Below, piece after piece: positions 17,324-23,430 of a DNA stretch of 23,430 nt. The translations under genes and the position numbers were made by a program. The notes beneath the pieces are model-generated. The model made no database searches. It worked only from the letters and a program-made list of their open reading frames with translations, and was not told the DNA's origin. How positions within the stretch are numbered: the first letter of the stretch is position 1; every line of letters begins with the position of its first letter. The DNA comes from a virus (Duplodnaviria > Heunggongvirae > Uroviricota > Caudoviricetes). The stretch spans positions 1 to 23,430 of IMG/VR virus record IMGVR_UViG_2675903330_000005. One strand, written 5' to 3'.

Positions 17324-17930
17324 ACGCTGCCTTGTCGGGGCCGTGCTGGCTATTGCTGCCACGCTGCCGGGTTTTCAGCAGCTTCACACCTCCGTGGAGG
17401 GGCTGAAACTGATTGCCGATTACGAAGGCTGTCGTCTGCAGCCGTATCAGTGCAGCGCGGGTGTCTGGACCGACGGCATTGGTAATACATCTGGCGTCAT
17501 TCCAGGCAAAACCATTACGGAACGACAGGCAGCGGAAGGGCTGATCTCCAACGTGCTACGTGTGGAGCGGGCGCTGGAAAGATGTGTGAAGCAACAGCCG
17601 CCACAAAAGGTGTATGACTCGGTGGTGTCGTTTGCCTTCAACGTGGGAACGGGCAATGCCTGCAGTTCCACGCTGGTGAAATTACTCAATCAGCGGCGCT
17701 GGGCGGATGCGTGCCGACAGTTGCCGCGCTGGGTTTATGTAAAAGGTGTGTTTAATCAGGGGCTGGATAGGTGCTCTGCTCAGTCCGATAGGTCTTGTGG
17801 TTACTGCACTGGCGGGCGTGGCGCTGGTTGTCTGGAAATACTGGCAACCCATCACCGCATTTCTCGGTGGCGTGGTGGAAGGATTCAAAGCGGCGGCAGG
17901 TCCCATCAGTGCAGCGTTCGAACCGCTTAA
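17304..17930 (+). pseudogene. K: Endolysin gpK (lysozyme family), 3'-truncated at a deletion junction near 17760; ORF continues out of register into tape-measure DNA
   Basis: N-terminal roughly 150 aa look like a phage lysozyme (..EGLKLIADYEGCRLQPYQCSAGVWTDGIGNT..); the distal roughly 55 aa are low-complexity read-through overlapping the T fragment in another frame. Confidence 0.7.
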
Positions 17931-18687
17931 GCCCGTGTTCCAGTGGATTGGCGACAAAGTGCAGGCGCTGTGGGGCTGGTTTACTGATCTGCTGACGCCC
18001 GTTAAGTCGACCTCTGCCGAACTGCAGAGCGCAGCGGCAATGGGGCGGCGATTCGGGGAGGCACTGGCGGAAGGGCTGAATATGGTCATGCATCCGCTGG
18101 ACTCCCTGAAATCCGGCGTTTCCTGGTTGCTGGAGAAGCTCGGCATTGTCAGTAAAGAGGCCGCAAAGGCAAAACTGCCGGAAAGCGTGACGCGTCAGCA
18201 ACCTGCGACGGTGAATGCAGACGGTAAAGTGATGATGCCATCGGGTGGTTTTCCATCATGGGGATATGGCTTTGCGGGGATGTATGACAGCGGCGGGTAT
18301 ATCCCGCGCGGGCAGTTTGGCATCGTCGGTGAAAACGGGCCGGAAATTGTTAACGGCCCGGCAAATGTGACCAGCCGGAGAAATACAGCTGCACTGGCTG
18401 CCGTTGTTGCCGGAATGATGGGCGTTGCTGCCGCGCCAGCAGAGCTTCCACCGTTGCACCCTTTGGCACTTCCCGCGAAAGGTGGAGAAGCAATTGTGAG
18501 TCGCGCAGCCACTGTGCCGCTCGTTCAACGGATTGAGGCACCGACGCAGATCATCATTCAGACGCAGCCAGGACAAAGTGCGCAGGATATTGCGCGGGAG
18601 GTGGCACGCCAGCTTGATGAACGTGAACGCAGGCTGAAGGCAAAAGCCAGGAGTAACTACAGCGATCAGGGGGGATACGACGCATGA
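17746..18687 (+). pseudogene. T: Tape-measure protein gpT, C-terminal fragment only (about 310 of about 800 aa); 5' part removed by the deletion
   Basis: Hydrophobic TMP-like segment GWIGALLSPIGLVVTALAGVALVVW and C-terminal ..GGYIPRGQFGIVGENGPEIVNGP..; stop overlaps the U start; no credible start or SD. Confidence 0.8.
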
Positions 18688-19169
18688 TGATGGTGCTGGG
18701 ATTGTACGTGTTTATGCTGCGCACCGTTCCGTATCAGGAACTGCAGTATCAACGCAGCTGGCGACATGCGGCAAACAGTCGGGTAAACCGACGTCCGTCC
18801 ACGCAGTTTCTGGGACCGGAAAACGACATGCTGACGCTTTCCGGTGTTCTTATGCCGGAAATAACAGGCGGCAGGCTGTCGTTGCTGGCACTGGAGCAGA
18901 TGGCAGAACAGGGGAAAGCATGGCCCCTGATTGAAGGCAGCGGCACGATTTACGGCATGTATGTGATTGAGGGACTGAATCAGACTAAAACGGAGTTTTT
19001 CCGCGATGGTATGCCGCGCCGGATTGAGTTCACCCTGTCGCTCAAACGGGTGGATGAATCCCTGTCCGATATGTTCGGTGATCTCAGTGCGCAGCTGAAT
19101 AATTTGCAGGATACGACAACGTCTGCCTTAAGCGATATCAGTAAAACGGTGGGAGGGCTGCTGTCGTGA
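18684..19169 (+). CDS. U: Tail protein gpU
   Basis: 161 aa (P2 U is about 159 aa), between T and D. Confidence 0.85.
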   Translation: MMMVLGLYVFMLRTVPYQELQYQRSWRHAANSRVNRRPSTQFLGPENDMLTLSGVLMPEITGGRLSLLALEQMAEQGKAWPLIEGSGTIYGMYVIEGLNQTKTEFFRDGMPRRIEFTLSLKRVDESLSDMFGDLSAQLNNLQDTTTSALSDISKTVGGLLS

Positions 19170-20266
19170 ATTTCAGCTCTGAACTGCTTAACAAAGGCAA
19201 CAAAACTCCGGCATTCAGCATCAGTATTGAGGGTAAGGATATCACCACTGTGCTGGATAACCGCCTGATGAGTCTGACGCTGACGGACAATCGGGGCTTT
19301 GAAGCGGACCAGCTTGATCTGGAGCTGGATGACGCCGACGGAAAAATCGTGCTGCCGCGCCGTGGTGCGGTCATTACGCTGGCGTTGGGCTGGAAGGGGC
19401 AGTCGCTTTTCCCGAAAGGAGCATTCACGGTGGACGAGATTGAACACACTGGCGCACCGGACCGCCTGACTATCCGGGCGCGAAGTGCTGATTTTCGTGA
19501 AACCCTGAATACCCGCCGTGAAAAATCGTGGCACAAGACCACCGTTGGGGAAGTGGTGAAGGAAATAGCTGCGCGGCACAAACTGAAGATGGCATTGGGT
19601 GAAGACCTGTCGGATAAACCTGTGGAGCATATAGACCAGACCAATGAGAGTGACGGCAGTTTTCTGATGCGGCTGGCGCGCCAGTACGGTGCTATTGCGT
19701 CGGTGAAAAATGGCAATCTGTTATTCATCCGGCAGGGACAGGGTAAAAGCGCCAGCGGTAAACCACTACCGGTTATCACTATCACACGTAAGGACGGCGA
19801 CAGTCACCGCTTTACCCTGGCAGATCGCGGAGCCTACACGGGCGTAATTGCCAGCTGGTTGCATACCCGCGAACCCGCGAAGAAAGAAAGCACCACGGTG
19901 AAGCGTAAGCGCAGGACTAAGAAGCAGAAGAAAGAGCCGGAAGCGAAGCAGGGCGATTACCTGGTGGGTACAGATGAAAACGTGCTGGTACTTAATCGCA
20001 CCTATGCCAACCGGAGCAACGCCGAACGGGCGGCGAAAATGCAGTGGGAACGCCTGCAACGTGGCGTTGCGTCATTCTCGCTACAACTGGCAGAAGGTCG
20101 GGCGGATCTCTACACGGAAATGCCAGTGAAAGTCAGAGGCTTTAAACAGCCGATAGATGATGCGGAATGGACTATTACCACCCTGACGCATACTGTCAAT
20201 CCGGATAACGGTTTTACGACCAGTCTGGAGCTTGAAGTGAAGATTAATGATTTCGAAATGGAATGA
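19166..20266 (+). CDS. D: Tail protein gpD (late control gene D)
   Basis: 366 aa; GTG start with GGGAGGG SD; follows U and precedes ogr as in P2. Confidence 0.85.
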   Translation: MNFSSELLNKGNKTPAFSISIEGKDITTVLDNRLMSLTLTDNRGFEADQLDLELDDADGKIVLPRRGAVITLALGWKGQSLFPKGAFTVDEIEHTGAPDRLTIRARSADFRETLNTRREKSWHKTTVGEVVKEIAARHKLKMALGEDLSDKPVEHIDQTNESDGSFLMRLARQYGAIASVKNGNLLFIRQGQGKSASGKPLPVITITRKDGDSHRFTLADRGAYTGVIASWLHTREPAKKESTTVKRKRRTKKQKKEPEAKQGDYLVGTDENVLVLNRTYANRSNAERAAKMQWERLQRGVASFSLQLAEGRADLYTEMPVKVRGFKQPIDDAEWTITTLTHTVNPDNGFTTSLELEVKINDFEME

Positions 20267-20356
20267 TTCTTCGTAATAGAGAACTTTTAAGTTTTCAAAA
20301 TGGAATAATGCGGTATCATTATTGTGAATTTAGCAAAAATGGGGAGAACTCGAAAA

Positions 20357-20575
20357 ATGATGATTTGCCCACTGTGTGGAAGTGCCGCCCATACTCGCAG
20401 CAGTTTTCAGGTATCTTCATTGACCAAAGAGCGTTACAACCAGTGCCAGAACATTAACTGCAGCCATACTTTTGTTACCCATGAAACTTTTGTTCGTTCG
20501 ATTGCAACGCCAAAAGAGTCAAATCCGGTTCAGCCGCATCCAATGAAATCAGGACAGGTGGCGCTCTCTCTTTGA
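20357..20575 (+). CDS. ogr: Ogr/Delta-family zinc-finger late-gene transcription activator
   Basis: ..MICPLCGSAAHTRSS....KERYNQCQNINCSHTF.. matches the P2 Ogr CxxC-N22-CxxxxC zinc-finger pattern. Confidence 0.85.
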   Translation: MMICPLCGSAAHTRSSFQVSSLTKERYNQCQNINCSHTFVTHETFVRSIATPKESNPVQPHPMKSGQVALSL

Positions 20576-20652
20576 CTCTGCCGCCAATTTGTCGCCATCG
20601 TTAAAAAAAAGTGCTTCTAACATCATGATTTTAAACGGCATAAATTTCAGGC

Positions 20653-20698
20653 AACAAAAAACCCATCAACCTTGAACCGAAATGGCGGGGTTGATGGG
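20653..20698 (-). terminator. Rho-independent terminator read on the minus strand (likely the ybjL terminator)
   Basis: Perfect 10-bp inverted repeat CCCATCAACC / GGTTGATGGG with 17-nt loop, preceded on + by AACAAAAAA (a U-run on the minus strand). Confidence 0.5.
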
Positions 20699-20810
20699 CT
20701 CCACAAAATGGGGACATCAAAGAAAAGCAGTGGCACTAATTAAGACTGATGCCCTGCGGAAAAGTTCTGCGGTTGTGCAAAAAAATTTCATTTTCAGGGC
20801 AACTTCAGTT

Positions 20811-22496
20811 TTATCCTAATCCTGGCCATACCATGACGATGATTGTCCCTGCCAGCGTCAGCAGGACGTTGGCGATTGCATAGGTGCCCGCATAGCCCAG
20901 CGCCGGGATGTTACTGCGAGCTGTATCACTGATGATCTCCATTGCCGGCGCGCAGGTACGTGCGCCCATCATTGCGCCGAACAACAGCGCGCGGTTCATT
21001 CGCAATACATAAGCACCGAACAAGAAACAGATAACCACGGGCACCAGACTGACAATCAATCCGGCAATCAACATCTGACCGCCAATCGCGCCCAGGCCGT
21101 TATTAATACCGCTACCGGCGCTCAGACCAACGCCTGCCATAAACACCATCAAGCCGAACTCTTTCACCATGCTTAATGCACCCTGCGGAATGTAACCGAA
21201 GGTCGGGTGGTTAGCACGCATAAAGCCCAGCATAATTCCGGCGAATAACAACCCGGCAGCGTTCCCCATGCCGAAACTGAATGTGCTGAACTGGAAGGTG
21301 ATCATCCCGATCATCAGCCCAATAACAAAGAAGGCGCAGAATGCCAGCAGGTCAGTGACCTGGCTGTGAATCGAGATAAAGCCGATGCGATCGGCGATGG
21401 TTTTTACGCGGCGGGCATCGCCGCTGACTTGTAAAACGTCACCTTTGTTAAGCACGACGTTGTCATCTATCGGCATCTCAATCTGGCTACGAATGACGCG
21501 GTTAAGGAAGCAACCGTGATCGGTCAACTTCAGTTGTGCGAGACGTTTACCTACAGCGTTATGGTTTTTAACGACCACTTCTTCAGTGACGATACGCATG
21601 TCGAGAAGGTCACGATCGAAAACTTCTTTACCGTTACGGAAGCTGGGATCGAGTCGGGCATGGGCGTCGGGATAGCCTACCAACGCTATTTCATCGCCCA
21701 TTTGTAGCACGGCATCACCGTCTGGATTTGCCAGAATCCCGTTACGTCGAATACGTTCAATGTAGCAGCCGGTTTGTCGATAAATACCCAGTTCACGCAG
21801 ATTTTTGCCGTCGGTCCAGGCCACCAGTTCCGGGCCGACGCGATAGGCGCGGATCACCGGTAAATAAACCTTACGGTTGGCATCAGTGTCCAGGCCACGT
21901 TCGCGGGCGATTTGCTGGGCGCTGGTCTGTAAGTCCTGATGCTGCAATTTCGGCAAGTAACGCGCACCAACAATCAAACTCACCAGACCGATTAAATAGG
22001 TTAAGGCATACCCGAGGCTCAGATTATCCAGTGCCAGTGAGAGCTGCCTGCTTTCCATGCCGGAATGACGCAGTGTATCGCCAGCACCGACCAGAACCGG
22101 TGTCGACGTCATAGAGCCTGCTAACATACCGGCCGTCAGGCCAATATCCCAGCCAAACAGCTTACCTAACCCTAAGGCGATCACCAGCGCACTGCCAACC
22201 ATCACCAGTGCTAACATTAGGTAATTTTTCCCATCGCGAAAAAAAATGGAAAAAAAGTTCGGTCCGGCTTCGACCCCGACGCAGAAAATAAACAGCATAA
22301 AGCCAAGATTAAGCGCATCGGTGTTAATGCTGAAATGTTGTTGGCCTAATAACAGCGATACGACTAAAACGCCAATGGAATTACCCAGTTGGATCGAACC
22401 AAGTCGTAACTTTCCGAGACATAGCCCAAGCGCGAGGACCACAAATAATAACAGAATGTAATTCCCATTTAACAATTCGGCGACGTTTATATTCAC
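20811..22496 (-). CDS. ybjL: Putative transport protein YbjL (AAE-family transporter with central TrkA-C/RCK_C-like domains)
   Basis: 561-aa polytopic membrane protein with the duplicated-transporter architecture of E. coli YbjL; conserved neighbourhood with ybjM and grxA. Confidence 0.9.
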
Positions 22497-22765
22497 GGAG
22501 GCTAACTTCTTGTTTACTAGTAAGCTGTTGAAAGAAATGGTAATTTACGATAATGTTTTTTACCAGAATTCAGGGCGCAGATTCATTCAGCGCACCTAAA
22601 CGATAGTAAAGCAACAATATATTTTACTAGTGTAATCACATTAGGTATCAACGGCTATATGAATTGCGTTGGCCTATATTAGCATGGAATGCGAAGCGGC
22701 TTTATCTTACTGAACGCCACACTGGCGAAAAATGTGTTCGATAGACGCAGTGTCAGGAGGAACGA

Positions 22766-23143
22766 GTGAAACATAAACAACGTTGGGCGGGGGCAATCTG
22801 CTGTTTTGTCCTCTTCATTGTGGTGTGCCTTTTTCTGGCGACGCACATGAAAGGCGCTTTTCGGGCTGCCGGGCATCCTGAAATCGGCTTGCTATTTTTC
22901 ATTCTTCCTGGAGCAGTCGCCAGCTTCTTTTCACAGCGTAGAGAAGTCCTGAAACCTCTGTTTGGCGCAATGCTGGCGGCACCCTGTTCGATGCTCATTA
23001 TGCGGCTGTTTTTTTCACCGACGCGCTCATTCTGGCAAGAGCTGGCATGGTTACTAAGCGCGGTGTTCTGGTGTGCGCTGGGGGCACTGTGTTTCTTATT
23101 TATCAGTAGTTTGTTTAAACCACAGCACAGAAAAAATCAGTAA
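22766..23143 (+). CDS. ybjM: Inner membrane protein YbjM
   Basis: 125-aa hydrophobic protein between ybjL and grxA, as in E. coli K-12. Confidence 0.85.
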   Translation: MKHKQRWAGAICCFVLFIVVCLFLATHMKGAFRAAGHPEIGLLFFILPGAVASFFSQRREVLKPLFGAMLAAPCSMLIMRLFFSPTRSFWQELAWLLSAVFWCALGALCFLFISSLFKPQHRKNQ

Positions 23144-23172
23144 AGCCCTCAACGCGAGGGCTTGTCAGACGA

Positions 23173-23430
23173 TCAGGCGTCCAGATTTTCTTTCACCCAT
23201 GCAGCAAAATCGGTATAGCCGCCGATATGTTGCTGATCGACAAAAATCTGCGGCACGGTTTCTACGGGTTTACCTGCCTTTTGTTGTAGATCTTCTTTAG
23301 TGATCCCTTCCGCACGAATATCTACATACTGATACTGAAAATCATCGCGTTCATTGCTCAATTTCTCAGCCAGATCTTTTGCACGCACACAGTAAGGGCA
23401 ACCCGAACGACCAAAAATAACGGTTTGCAT
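23173..23430 (-). CDS. grxA: Glutaredoxin 1
   Basis: 85 aa with CPYC active site (MQTVIFGRSGCPYCVRAK..); start codon is the last three bases of the window. Confidence 0.95.
   Translation of the reverse strand: MQTVIFGRSGCPYCVRAKDLAEKLSNERDDFQYQYVDIRAEGITKEDLQQKAGKPVETVPQIFVDQQHIGGYTDFAAWVKENLDA

Larger units (their letters stand above)
1..20640. mobile_element. Defective P2/186-like prophage (integrase through ogr), lacking the tail/baseplate module; right boundary approximate, left boundary (attL) outside window
   Basis: Collinear P2-type gene order int-cI-apl-cII-...-A-[cargo]-cos-Q-P-O-N-M-L-X-Y-K'-T'-U-D-ogr, followed by host ybjL/ybjM/grxA. Confidence 0.85.

Noticed and set aside
17682-18576. 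Minus-strand ORFs across the tape-measure fragment (17682..18146, 17752..18201, 18195..18512, 18256..18576)
   Set aside because: Antisense to a recognisable tape-measure C-terminus; low-complexity Ala/Ser/Pro-rich translations
20576-20640. Possible attR core immediately after ogr
   Set aside because: No match to the P2 att core sequence as I remember it, and without attL no direct repeat can be demonstrated; recorded as uncertain rather than called
1-23430. CRISPR arrays, tRNA/rRNA genes, IS elements
   Set aside because: I saw no regularly spaced direct repeats, no tRNA-like cloverleaf candidates and no transposase-like ORFs with terminal inverted repeats. P2-family phages often integrate without a tRNA target, and attL is outside the window

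Overview
This window is a defective P2/186-family prophage (about 1..20640) inserted next to the E. coli core genes ybjL, ybjM and grxA (20811..23430). The phage gene order is the canonical one: integrase, a 186-type immunity switch (cI, apl, cII), early genes with a Dam methylase and the gpA replication initiator, a cargo island, cos, then the head/packaging module (Q P O N M L X Y K). After a truncated lysozyme gene the sequence jumps straight into the 3' third of the tape-measure gene, followed by U, D and ogr, so every tail, baseplate and fibre gene is missing. The most interesting part is the AT-rich cargo island between gpA and cos (7176..10225). It holds a LexA-box-controlled small ORF and a three-gene cassette: a DEDDh 3'-5' exonuclease, a HipA-family kinase lacking the HipA N-terminal subdomain, and a protein that appears to carry that missing subdomain fused to a HIRAN domain. 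I know of no described defence or toxin-antitoxin system with this composition, so it is my best candidate for a novel system. All calls rest on reading the translated ORFs and motifs by eye; no database search was run and attL lies outside the window.
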